Positions 17,435 through 26,420 of a stretch of 64,000 nucleotides of DNA are shown in pieces. A program made the translations under genes and the position numbers. This DNA comes from Bacteroidaceae bacterium (GTDB taxonomy: Bacteria > Bacteroidota > Bacteroidia > Bacteroidales > Bacteroidaceae). The first letter of the stretch is position 1. The number at the start of each line of letters is the position of its first letter. The stretch lies in NCBI GenBank assembly GCA_017614895.1, contig JAGAAZ010000055.1, positions 1,658 to 65,657 of the forward strand. Direction: 5' to 3'. The notes beneath the pieces are model-generated. The model ran no database searches. It had not been told where the DNA came from and saw nothing but the letters and a program-made list of their open reading frames with translations.

Positions 17435-18328
17435 TTACTGAAACTTGTCGAAGAATCGGAATACGTCAGGCAGAATCATGGGCACCATTTGCCCGTGATC
17501 ACCATCCACTTCCTTGTACTGCAAGTTGAGACCATACTCCTTGGCGAAGTCACGCAAGTTGCGGCTCGCCTGGAGGGATGCACCTGCACGCAGACCTTCA
17601 CTCATGAAGATGGGCATTTGCTTGAGGCGTGCCCAAGGATAGCCCTCGCGAGTGACGAAAGGTCCAGACATCGGAGCCAACGCTCGCCAATAGGAGGCAT
17701 ACTTGCCACCGATATACCAAGTGCCGCCACTTCCCATCGAGTGTCCGAAGAGGAACAAACGTTTACGGTCAACGGGGTAATTCTTCAGCACGATTTCCAG
17801 AACGTTGATGACATCCTTCTCGCTCAGTTCCTGCTCGCGCATCAGATCGGGAGAGTTGCGCTTTTCCAGCACCTCCTGTGTCTCTTTGTCTTTGCCAAAA
17901 CCAGCAGGCAATAGCAGTCGGTTGCCGTAGGATGAATGGGCACCCAGCGGCGATACCAACAGGTAGCCGTGTTCATCTGCCAAGTGCACCATCAGTTTGT
18001 CATTCTCATCGAGATAAGAGCTCTCGGTGTTCCAGCCTCCATGCAGGAACATGACCAGCGGCAATTTCTTCTTGCCGTCCCAGTTCTTGGGCACACAGAC
18101 CCTGAATGGCATTTCTTCGCCCAGTTCCTCAAAGAAGTAGGCACACTTCTTGTCGCGACCCTCTTCCCAAGTCTGCAAGGTCTTCACCTCTGCTTTTTTT
18201 GCAATTTGAGCCGCTTCCTTCATCACAGCTTTGGCATCGAGTTGTGTGCCAAACACGATAGAAGGGTTTTGTGCTGTTGCAGCCACCGTCGCTATGGCGA
18301 ACAAGGCGGTCATCATCATTTTTCTCAT
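17435..18328 (-). CDS. Secreted alpha/beta-hydrolase esterase (CE1 / feruloyl- or acetyl-xylan-esterase-like)
   Basis: Started at MRKMMMTALFAIATVAATAQNP (18328). Nucleophile elbow GHSMGSGG, and the LVMFLHGG oxyanion region. Confidence 0.83.
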   Translation of the reverse strand: MRKMMMTALFAIATVAATAQNPSIVFGTQLDAKAVMKEAAQIAKKAEVKTLQTWEEGRDKKCAYFFEELGEEMPFRVCVPKNWDGKKKLPLVMFLHGGWNTESSYLDENDKLMVHLADEHGYLLVSPLGAHSSYGNRLLLPAGFGKDKETQEVLEKRNSPDLMREQELSEKDVINVLEIVLKNYPVDRKRLFLFGHSMGSGGTWYIGGKYASYWRALAPMSGPFVTREGYPWARLKQMPIFMSEGLRAGASLQASRNLRDFAKEYGLNLQYKEVDGDHGQMVPMILPDVFRFFDKFQ

Positions 18329-18374
18329 TTTTACATATAATTTTGTAATTAAACAATCATTTATTTCACAATCC

Positions 18375-18461
18375 TCAACTGCAAAGAGACTGTCCATACG
18401 CCACACCTGCCACCATCAGCAGCAAGAGTGTCAGAAAAGATTGTGTAATCTTTTTCATCAT
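18375..18461 (-). other. 28-codon upstream ORF encoding only a signal peptide (MMKKITQSFLTLLLLMVAGVAYGQSLCS)
   Basis: Read by hand on the minus strand, ATG at 18461 and TGA at 18375-18377. Lies between the TAACTTTG box (18537-18544) and the esterase start. Confidence 0.3.
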
Positions 18462-18536
18462 AAAGTTTTGTTTTGGGTTAGAAAATAGAATTAATTAAAG
18501 AATGTTTGTAAAACAACAGAAATTGTCATTCGGAGG

Positions 18537-18544
18537 CAAAGTTA
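18537..18544 (-). promoter_or_regulatory. -7 box TAACTTTG for the uORF/esterase transcript
   Basis: Plus strand reads caaagtta. 76 nt upstream of the uORF ATG at 18461. Confidence 0.45.
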
Positions 18545-18703
18545 CGATAAATCCTGAAAAATCCATTTTCTTTTTTGTTTCAAAGGTTTTTCTCTTTGTT
18601 GCACCAAATGGCCATTTCGCGATGCTTCTCCTACAAAAAAACATATGACACATAGGAGAAAATGATTGAAACGAAACAAAAAGCCTGTCTTGCGAAAAGT
18701 CCG

Positions 18704-18711
18704 TACCTTTG
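18704..18711 (+). promoter_or_regulatory. Orphan -7 box TACCTTTG pointing at the GH115 3' end
   Basis: Exact TAnnTTTG on the plus strand with no plus-strand gene downstream. A hairpin plus U-tract lies 60-90 nt downstream. Confidence 0.35.
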
Positions 18712-18770
18712 TATCAGAAAAGATAGATAGATTAGTTAGTAAAAAATTGATAAAAGATTGATTAAGAAAC

Positions 18771-18801
18771 GCTTCCTTCGTGAGAAGGGGGCGTATTTTT
18801 A
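18771..18801. terminator. Hairpin plus U-tract (stronger on the plus strand) next to the GH115 stop
   Basis: GCTTCCTTC-GTGA-GAAGGGGGC forms a 9-bp stem with two G-U pairs when read on the plus strand, followed by GTATTTTTA. On the minus strand those two pairs become C-A mismatches. Confidence 0.45.
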
Positions 18802-18820
18802 CACTAATAACTATGGTTCT

Positions 18821-21373
18821 TTATTTTGCTCCGAAATAGCTGTAGTGGTTGTTGTCGGGATTGACGACAATCTGCTCAATGACAATCTCGGGGTCAATCA
18901 TGATGAGTTTGAGGGTGTGCCTGCCTGGGGTGATGTCGGAGAAGGTGGCATCGAGCCAACGGAGGTTGTCGAACACCTCATCGCGACGGGGTAACTGACG
19001 GCCCTGCCAAAAGCCGCTCAGGGCGAGACGACTGCGTGGAGGCAGTGGTTTCAGCACCTTGGAACGGGCGAGGTTCTGGGGATTATATTCAGAGAAGGTA
19101 TCGACGATACCACGACGGGCATCGATGGTCTGCATGGGTTGGTCGTCAATTTGGATGCCAATGCGAAGTCCACGCGCAGGATAGATGTCCTGCGTGGGCA
19201 ATACACCTATCGCAACCTTACCCTCAGAAGTGATGTCAATATCGTATTCCAGCGTAGCCCCACTGCTCTGGGTGAGAACATTGCTGCTGCCCATACAACC
19301 ATTACCGCGTCCGAGGTCGGGCAGGAACATCCAAGCAGCATCCTTTCCTTCCGTCTTGCGGGAGAACTGGTAGGCGGGAATGCTGTATTCTTGGGTGGCA
19401 GGCTGGTCTTGCAGGGCATAGCCGACGTTGAAGTCCAGCGCCCACCCATGCGGCATCGCGTCTTTCTCCTTGAAACCTTCACGAACGGAAGGTTTGCCGA
19501 GCTTCATGGGGTTCATATTGTCCTTGGGCATCGACCACTGGGTGTAGCCGATGTGCTTGTCCTGCATCATCTTGCTCCATTTGCCATTGGCTATCTGGTG
19601 ATAGTAATCGCTGAGCTGCTGGTCGCGAGCCATCAGTTGGTCGATGAGGTTCGAGTTGCCACGGGTGGCGGCATTGTAGATTTGAGCCACTCCAGCACTT
19701 GCCACCACTGGGTAATAGACCAACTGGTAGTAGGCATCCTGTGCCGCTGCTGGAATCTTCATCCGTAGCGCCTCTGCACGGGCTGAGAGAGAGAGCCACA
19801 GACTGTCGGTGTATGCCATCTCCTCCTTGTTGAAAATGCCTGGCACCTGTGCCTCTGCCTTGCGCCAGAGGTTGTACTTCGTGTATTTTGCCATGAGGTC
19901 GGCTGCTTCTTTGGCGTGTTCCGCTCCAAAAGCTTTTGTCGTAAAATCTTCAAGCCACGCCTGTTCGTCACCAGCCTTCACGGCATCGGGGTTCCAGGCA
20001 TAGTGCATGATGAAGTCGATGGGCACCTCCTTGGGCTTGAGGTCGCCCACGTTGATGATCCAGATGCGGTCGATGCCTGTCTGATAGGCGAGGTTGAGCT
20101 GTTCGCGCAACTTGGGAATGGTGGTGGTGTTCACCCATCGGTCGTTCCACGGACCACCGTTCATGTCGATATGATAGTAGAGCCCCAATCCACCTTTGCG
20201 CTTGCGTTCGAAATCACGACCGATGCGACGGATGTAGCCCCAGTTGTTGTCGCAGAGCAGCAGCGTCACATCATCAGGCACGGTGAAGCCTGCATCGTAG
20301 TAGCGTTGCACTTCGGTGAAGATGGCCCAGAGCTGTGGCACTCCGTCCTCGCGTCCATACACCTTCTTGATAATGGAACGCTGACCCTTGATGACCTCGG
20401 CAAGCGTCTTCATGTTGTCGGCATCGTCACCTTTGCCCATCGCCACGTCGCCATCGCCACGCATACCGATAGTCACAAGATTGTCGTATGCCTTGTTGCG
20501 CTGCATACCTTCCAAGAAGAACTTGTCCAGGCGCTCCTTGTTCACACTGTAGTCCCAAGGGCCAATCTCATCCTTGCGGGTCACGTATTCGCGGTGTGCA
20601 CGCATCATCGGCTCGTGGTGCGAGGTGCCCATCACGATGCCGTACTCATCAGCCAAACGTGGACTTTCCGAGTCATCCTCATTGAAACGGCTTCCCCACA
20701 TGGCAGGCCACAAGTAATTGGCTTTCAGGCGTAGCAGCAGCTCGAACATGTGGGCATATGCCTTCGAGTTGATGCCTCCGAAGTGCTCCGTTGCCCAGTC
20801 GCCAAACGACGGCCATTCGTCATTGATGAAGATACCACGATACTTCACCTTGGGCGAGGGCTGCACGAAGCGACCTGCTGTCCAATTCACCTCATCCTGA
20901 TGCTGCACAGGCACATCAGCCCACCAGTACCAGGGCGACACACCGATTCGCTGACTGATCTCATAGATGCCATAGATGGTGCCCCGCTTGTCGCTGCCTG
21001 CCACCACGAGATTGCCGTCCACCACATCGATGACGAACGACTCCCACTGACCCTTCACCTTGCTCACGTCGAGTTTGCGCTGCTTGACAAGCTGGTCAAT
21101 GAAACGGCTCTTACCGATGGTACCGACGATAATACAGCCACCTTTATCATTTATCATTTCTCCTTTCTCATTTAGCGGAGCGCTCACTCCTGTCACTTTC
21201 TTCACATCGTCGCCCAAGTCGTTGGCAGCCCTGACGACACCCTTCCAGTCTTGTTCATCCACCACAATCGTGGCTGTCTTGCCGTCCTTGGCAATGCAGA
21301 ATGTCTTGCTCTGTGCCATCGCATTCATCGCCATGAGGAGCAACACGAAGCCTACCATTAGTTTCTTAATCAT
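18821..21373 (-). CDS. GH115 family xylan alpha-glucuronidase
   Basis: Started at MIKKLMVGFVLLLMAMNAMAQS (21373). N-terminal CIAKDGKTATIVVDEQDWKGVVRAANDLGDDVKKVTG and the catalytic-domain segment GTSHHEPMMR are characteristic of GH115. Confidence 0.83.
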   Translation of the reverse strand: MIKKLMVGFVLLLMAMNAMAQSKTFCIAKDGKTATIVVDEQDWKGVVRAANDLGDDVKKVTGVSAPLNEKGEMINDKGGCIIVGTIGKSRFIDQLVKQRKLDVSKVKGQWESFVIDVVDGNLVVAGSDKRGTIYGIYEISQRIGVSPWYWWADVPVQHQDEVNWTAGRFVQPSPKVKYRGIFINDEWPSFGDWATEHFGGINSKAYAHMFELLLRLKANYLWPAMWGSRFNEDDSESPRLADEYGIVMGTSHHEPMMRAHREYVTRKDEIGPWDYSVNKERLDKFFLEGMQRNKAYDNLVTIGMRGDGDVAMGKGDDADNMKTLAEVIKGQRSIIKKVYGREDGVPQLWAIFTEVQRYYDAGFTVPDDVTLLLCDNNWGYIRRIGRDFERKRKGGLGLYYHIDMNGGPWNDRWVNTTTIPKLREQLNLAYQTGIDRIWIINVGDLKPKEVPIDFIMHYAWNPDAVKAGDEQAWLEDFTTKAFGAEHAKEAADLMAKYTKYNLWRKAEAQVPGIFNKEEMAYTDSLWLSLSARAEALRMKIPAAAQDAYYQLVYYPVVASAGVAQIYNAATRGNSNLIDQLMARDQQLSDYYHQIANGKWSKMMQDKHIGYTQWSMPKDNMNPMKLGKPSVREGFKEKDAMPHGWALDFNVGYALQDQPATQEYSIPAYQFSRKTEGKDAAWMFLPDLGRGNGCMGSSNVLTQSSGATLEYDIDITSEGKVAIGVLPTQDIYPARGLRIGIQIDDQPMQTIDARRGIVDTFSEYNPQNLARSKVLKPLPPRSRLALSGFWQGRQLPRRDEVFDNLRWLDATFSDITPGRHTLKLIMIDPEIVIEQIVVNPDNNHYSYFGAK

Positions 21374-21412
21374 AATGCCATAAGTTTTTGGTTGTAATTC
21401 AGTTTGGTATTG

Positions 21413-21420
21413 CAAAGTTA
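21413..21420 (-). promoter_or_regulatory. -7 box TAACTTTG for GH115
   Basis: Plus strand reads caaagtta. 40 nt upstream of the ATG at 21373. Confidence 0.5.
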
Positions 21421-21514
21421 TCGAGATTTCAGCAGTTCCACTTTCTGTGGCGTTACATTTATTTATTGAAACGTTACATAAGGATGCGATATCTTTTCAA
21501 ACTCATACAAGGAA

Positions 21515-21546
21515 GTTGTCCAGTGGTCAATCATCCACTGAACAAC
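21515..21546 (-). terminator. Hairpin downstream of GH51 (no clear U-tract)
   Basis: GTTGTCCAGTGG / CCACTGAACAAC, 11/12 bp. Related in sequence to the hairpin at 17381-17412. Confidence 0.4.
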
Positions 21547-21579
21547 CATCAAAACCAAATCGTTTATTTCTATCTGATA

Positions 21580-23535
21580 TCACATCGCCACCACACTGAT
21601 GGAGTAAGGAGCAAGGGTGATCTTGAAATTGTTAGACACCTTGAGGTTACTCTTTGATGGGGTGATGTTGTTGGGGTTATCAATAGAGTTTGTGTCCTCG
21701 GGGTTGGCAGATTTCAAGGTGGTCACGACTGCCTTGCCCTTCACCTTCGCACCTTGAATTTCTACTGTGACGGTCTGGCTCGATGCACCGATGTTGACCA
21801 GCTTCAGGTAAAGCTTACCCGTCTGGGTGTCCACGGTGGTGTTGTAGTAGAGTTGCGGAACTGGTTCACGTCCCATCGGCACAGTGGGCACACCCTCAGC
21901 CTCCATCGGCACGACCTTGTTACCCAGATTCTGCGCAAACATGCACTGAGCGTGGTAAGATGGAGAACCGAATGAGGTGAGTGCGTCATAGCCAATGAGG
22001 TCGCTCTTCCATTGCATGCCACCCTCGTTCACATTCACGAACAGCGGCGCATAGCAGTGTGCCACAAGGATGTCAGAGTTGCGTTCCATGCAGGTCATCC
22101 ATGCTGCATCGCCCAAGGCGGCATTCATGTTGGTGGTGGGGTCTCCTTCACGTGTAGCCCATTCGCCACAGAAAATCTTGGGTCCCTTGCGGTCGTATGA
22201 GTCGTATTGCTGAGCTGCTCGGTACATAGCCTCTGCATTGCGGTAGTAGTGCTCGTCAATCACGTCCACCTTAATGGCAGCAGGGTCTTCGGCACTACCT
22301 CTCAACATGCGTTCTTCCTGTGTGGAGATGATTTGCAGTTGTGGGTATTTTGCCTTGATAGCATCATAGAACTGCATGAAGCGGTGGGAATAACTGCCAC
22401 TACGGTCGAAGAAGTCCTCATTGCCAATTTCCACGTATGTCAACTTGAACGGTTCTGGATGCCCTTCACGTGCTCGTACAGCGCCCCACTTGGAGGTTGG
22501 GCTACCCATCACGTATTCTATCTCGTCGAGGGCATCTTGGATGAAGGGTTCAAGTGCATCCCCCTCCACATAGTCACCATTCAGCACATAACCAGCAAAC
22601 ACACCAAGGATGGGTTCTGCACCACATTCCTCAGCCCAACACAGGAACTCCAGCAGTCCCATGCCGTCGGTTGACCAGTAATTCCAAGGGCTACGATGAC
22701 CTGGACGTGTAGCGAGAGAACCGAGAGTTCGCTTCCAATCGAATCGCTCTTTGAAGGTGTTGCCTTCCAGATAGTTTCCTCCAGGGAATCGGAGGAACTT
22801 AGGATGCATCTCACGCAGCAAGTCCATGATGTCAGTGCGGAACCAGTCAGACTTGATGGAATAGGCTTTCTTTGCTTTGGGGAAGAGGGTTGGGTATGAA
22901 AGACCGTAATTGCCAGCCTGATGGAACTGCAGGAAGAACTGCACGTCCTTCGTCGGTTTTAAGTCTGCTGCCATCTGGAACGTGTAGGTGTATTGTTTCC
23001 ACTCATTGGAATTCAAATTGAGATCTTGACTAGCATAGACCTTGGAGCCATCGAGCGAACGTAGTCCAACTGTCACTTTGCCTTGACCTTTCAAGTAGGC
23101 ATCGCCAAAATAAGTGGTTGCAGGGTGCAAACCAATACCCCAGAAGCCTGGATTAACAACACTGGTTGGTTGTGTCAACTCGACTGAGAGGAATTTCTTC
23201 AGGGTGAAGTTGATACCGCCTGTGTTGTTGATGTTCACTTTACCTGCAGTGGAATCGCTCAGTTCCCAGTATTTGGGTTTGGGAGCTGATGCACCAGGGG
23301 CAAAACCTCTGCGGTTTTGTCCTCCTGTGAGTTCCTGCATCGTGGGGTCACGAAGCAGTTGTGAATACAATCCTCCTTCGTAGGAATAGTTGATTTCCTC
23401 GGTCATCAGTCCGTACAGTGTGGGACTGACGGTGCGTTCGGCCTTGTCAACACGAAGTGTCAGCTTGCTTTGGGCTACTGCCTGTGTGGCAAACACACCT
23501 GCCATTGCTGCTACAATAATAAATTTCTTCATCAT
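21580..23535 (-). CDS. GH51 alpha-L-arabinofuranosidase
   Basis: 651-aa ORF. Signal peptide, then SPTLYGLMTEEINYSYEGGLYSQLL, acid/base region EIGNEDF and nucleophile region FCGEWA. Starts 26 nt downstream of the upstream gene's stop. Confidence 0.88.
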   Translation of the reverse strand: MMKKFIIVAAMAGVFATQAVAQSKLTLRVDKAERTVSPTLYGLMTEEINYSYEGGLYSQLLRDPTMQELTGGQNRRGFAPGASAPKPKYWELSDSTAGKVNINNTGGINFTLKKFLSVELTQPTSVVNPGFWGIGLHPATTYFGDAYLKGQGKVTVGLRSLDGSKVYASQDLNLNSNEWKQYTYTFQMAADLKPTKDVQFFLQFHQAGNYGLSYPTLFPKAKKAYSIKSDWFRTDIMDLLREMHPKFLRFPGGNYLEGNTFKERFDWKRTLGSLATRPGHRSPWNYWSTDGMGLLEFLCWAEECGAEPILGVFAGYVLNGDYVEGDALEPFIQDALDEIEYVMGSPTSKWGAVRAREGHPEPFKLTYVEIGNEDFFDRSGSYSHRFMQFYDAIKAKYPQLQIISTQEERMLRGSAEDPAAIKVDVIDEHYYRNAEAMYRAAQQYDSYDRKGPKIFCGEWATREGDPTTNMNAALGDAAWMTCMERNSDILVAHCYAPLFVNVNEGGMQWKSDLIGYDALTSFGSPSYHAQCMFAQNLGNKVVPMEAEGVPTVPMGREPVPQLYYNTTVDTQTGKLYLKLVNIGASSQTVTVEIQGAKVKGKAVVTTLKSANPEDTNSIDNPNNITPSKSNLKVSNNFKITLAPYSISVVAM

Positions 23536-23561
23536 CTTGGTTTGTTGAGTGTTATTGATTA

Positions 23562-26216
23562 TTATTTGATGTAAATCTTCTTTCCGTTCTTGATATAGAT
23601 ACCTGGATGCAGAGAATGGATGTCGTCATAGCGTTGACCACGTAAGTCATAGATTGTGGTAGATTCGGTGCCGTCAGCATTGACAACGCTGATGCCATCA
23701 GCAATATTGACACCCTTAGCGAAGACAGGCTTCAGCGTGACGATGTCATCAGGCATGACGAAGGTGAGGACTGTGTTGCCGTTGTCTAATGTTTCAAGAC
23801 TGATGGTGGTTCCCTTCGTGAAGTTGACGCCGTTGATGACACGCAACTCCTTCAGTCCGTACCCTTTGGCAGCCTCGATATCGATCGTGACGGTCTCGCC
23901 CTCTGCAGCATCCGTGACACGCGGAGTGAGACTGCCGTAATTGGCCTTGCGTACGGTGATGGCGTAGCGTTCCGGCTCCACATCGGCAGGGGTGTAGATG
24001 ATTTGGTCAATATACATGGATATGCCGCTGGTGTTGGTCAACAGCAAGTTGTTCGTACCAGCTTTTAGGGTTGCGGTAAAGGTGGCTTTACGCCAGTCGT
24101 TCTTGGTAGCCTTCTCGATGTTGAAGGTGATGGTCTTACCATTCACCGTCGCCTTCATCTTACCTGCTTTCGTGGAATTGCTGTAGCGAACAGAAATGCT
24201 GTATTCGCCCTCCTCGCCCTCCTTGAGGGAGAGCTGGTGACGTAGGGTTCCTCCTGTGTTGGTACCCATATCGACCAATCCGTTACCGGCAAACTCCACG
24301 ATGTCCGGGAAATAATTCACATAAGGGTTCACGAGCTTGATATCCTTCACGTTCTTGTAGTCCATATTCTCTGCCTCAATAATTATCTCGCCGTGATACG
24401 CCGCAGGTTGCTGTGGTTTAGGCAAGGTTGCGAGGGTTGGCGCATCGGTCTTGCGGTCGGTAGCTGTGCCAGCACAGTTGACGGTCACATCAACGCCACC
24501 CTTGTGCTTCACGGTCAGGGTATAGATGCCCGTCTCAGCATTCCATTGAGCGGTGGCACTGCCTGTAGCCAGCAAGCCCTTCTTCATCGTGTATGAAGGT
24601 TCAGCAGTGGCTCCCTTGATGACGATGGTCTCAGCCACAACGGTGGTGGTGTCGGTGCGGAAGTTGTTCAAGTAGAAGTCGATATGGTCGGCATATTCGC
24701 GCACAATGCCGCTGCCCAGCATCCCTAAGGTGAGTGTGAGCGAGTCGCAGGTGTTATAGAGCAACGGCACTTTGCCCGTCGCTGTCTTCTTCTTATTCAA
24801 ATAGGTGTAGGGCATGTAAGTGACGAGCTGGTTCTGCACGCGACTGACGAAGAGGTCGCCCTCCGACAGCTCTGGATAGTACTTATTATATTCGGTCACT
24901 TTCGTCTTCACCGCAGACCAACGCGACTTGGCTACGGTTCGTTTCAGTTGCACGGGGATGGTCTTAGCCAAATCGTCATACAGCTCCACACACAAAGGAA
25001 TGGTGCGGTATCTGCCCGTACTCTTGAAATAGCAGTTGTTGTTCATCCACTGCCCGTCGCCCTTGTTCGTAGGGTCATCCTGCTTGTAAAGACCATCGAA
25101 CAGCGTTCCCCATGTGGCATACTTGTCCTCGTCGCTGCCCGAGGTGGCATTAGCCAGAAGCACGATGCGCGTACTATCCACCACTTCCTTGCGCGTAGGG
25201 ATATAAATGGTGCCGTCTATCACCTTGCGCCACATGTCAATCCACGCCCCACGAAAACCCTCGTAGGTTGTCCAGTTGCGACGCGTGTAGCCATCGACAG
25301 TGGTACGGTTGCTTTCCTTGAAACACTCGTCGGGAATGGTCTCAGGACCGTCCCACACAGCTCCACCATTCACACCACACTGCTCCATCGTGGTTCCGAT
25401 GCCAGCAGCAATAGGATATTTTGCTTTGTTTTGTCCCACTGCCTGATCCATCGCACCGCACCATCCACAACGATCGTAGCGTACACCATAGTTCTTGGCA
25501 AGACCACTGATGAAGGGCGAGAACGTGGTGCTCTCAGCATTGTAGAAGCACCAGGGCTGCGTGTACTTATATAGCCACAAGATCGCCTCGGGGTAGTCGC
25601 GACAGGCCTGCAGCAGGTTCTTGTTGCGCTTCATCATGCCCACGGGACTCAATCCGTGACTCCAGATGTTGCCACAGAACGAGATGGTGAGAAAACCACC
25701 ATAGTCGTGCGACATCTTCACCAAATTGGCAAACAAAGCAATCTGCCCCACCTGTGTAGCTGAACCCATGTCAGCATCGTCGAACCCCCAGAACTGCTCT
25801 GCGAAGTTCCAGCCGAGGAAATTGGGATAATGACGGAAGAAATATTCAAACGTCTCCAGATCGTCTGTCTGCAAATGCGTGCGTCCTCCACTAGCTGGCT
25901 GACAAGTGAACCAAAGTCCATTCTGCTGGCACACCGATGCCCAAGACTTATATGTCCTCACCGCACTGCGAGGCATCTTATATACATTATTCTCTTTGTC
26001 ATACTGGCAGGAGAGGCTCAGGTTCATACACACCCACGGCTTGATGTCGTCGGGCAACAGGTCAATAATCTTCTGCGGGTCGGCAGCGTTCCACACGTCG
26101 ATGTGAATCATCCACAACGGATGTTCGTTGTCAATCGGACGGCGTGACTGCGCAGCCACGCTGCTAAATGAGAATTGAAAAATGATCAATGATAAAACAA
26201 TCAGTAAACGTCTCAT
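23562..26216 (-). CDS. Multidomain glycoside hydrolase (GH98-like candidate) with CBM6/35-like module and T9SS C-terminal sorting domain
   Basis: Started at MRRLLIVLSLIIFQFSFSSVAAQ (26216). N-terminal (beta/alpha)8-like region (PLWMIHIDVWN, GWNFAEQFWGFDD). A CBM6/35-like segment (IIIEAENMDYKN...SVRYSN...IDQIIYTP). C-terminal IYDLRGQRYDDIHSLHPGIYIKNGKKIYIK resembles the T9SS type A CTD. The GH98 assignment rests on memory only. Confidence 0.75.
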   Translation of the reverse strand: MRRLLIVLSLIIFQFSFSSVAAQSRRPIDNEHPLWMIHIDVWNAADPQKIIDLLPDDIKPWVCMNLSLSCQYDKENNVYKMPRSAVRTYKSWASVCQQNGLWFTCQPASGGRTHLQTDDLETFEYFFRHYPNFLGWNFAEQFWGFDDADMGSATQVGQIALFANLVKMSHDYGGFLTISFCGNIWSHGLSPVGMMKRNKNLLQACRDYPEAILWLYKYTQPWCFYNAESTTFSPFISGLAKNYGVRYDRCGWCGAMDQAVGQNKAKYPIAAGIGTTMEQCGVNGGAVWDGPETIPDECFKESNRTTVDGYTRRNWTTYEGFRGAWIDMWRKVIDGTIYIPTRKEVVDSTRIVLLANATSGSDEDKYATWGTLFDGLYKQDDPTNKGDGQWMNNNCYFKSTGRYRTIPLCVELYDDLAKTIPVQLKRTVAKSRWSAVKTKVTEYNKYYPELSEGDLFVSRVQNQLVTYMPYTYLNKKKTATGKVPLLYNTCDSLTLTLGMLGSGIVREYADHIDFYLNNFRTDTTTVVAETIVIKGATAEPSYTMKKGLLATGSATAQWNAETGIYTLTVKHKGGVDVTVNCAGTATDRKTDAPTLATLPKPQQPAAYHGEIIIEAENMDYKNVKDIKLVNPYVNYFPDIVEFAGNGLVDMGTNTGGTLRHQLSLKEGEEGEYSISVRYSNSTKAGKMKATVNGKTITFNIEKATKNDWRKATFTATLKAGTNNLLLTNTSGISMYIDQIIYTPADVEPERYAITVRKANYGSLTPRVTDAAEGETVTIDIEAAKGYGLKELRVINGVNFTKGTTISLETLDNGNTVLTFVMPDDIVTLKPVFAKGVNIADGISVVNADGTESTTIYDLRGQRYDDIHSLHPGIYIKNGKKIYIK

Positions 26217-26252
26217 AATCTGTAAAGGTTTATAAAATTTAGATTTCGAGTG

Positions 26253-26260
26253 CAAAGGTA
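26253..26260 (-). promoter_or_regulatory. -7 box TACCTTTG for the GH98-like/GH51 operon
   Basis: Plus strand reads caaaggta. 37 nt upstream of the ATG at 26216. Confidence 0.5.
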
Positions 26261-26379
26261 CGACGAAAAACGTGCAACACCCATAGAAAAATGTTGCACG
26301 TCCGTTGGAAATTGTTTCAAACACGACACATCATGGCATAAGGGCTTTGTTCTCACTTGTCCTATTCAAAATAAAACCG

Positions 26380-26387
26380 TACATTTG
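26380..26387 (+). promoter_or_regulatory. -7 box TACATTTG for GH59
   Basis: TAnnTTTG 34 nt upstream of the ATG at 26421. Confidence 0.5.
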
Positions 26388-26420
26388 TGCACTTTTTCAT
26401 GAAACATTTGAAATCATCAC

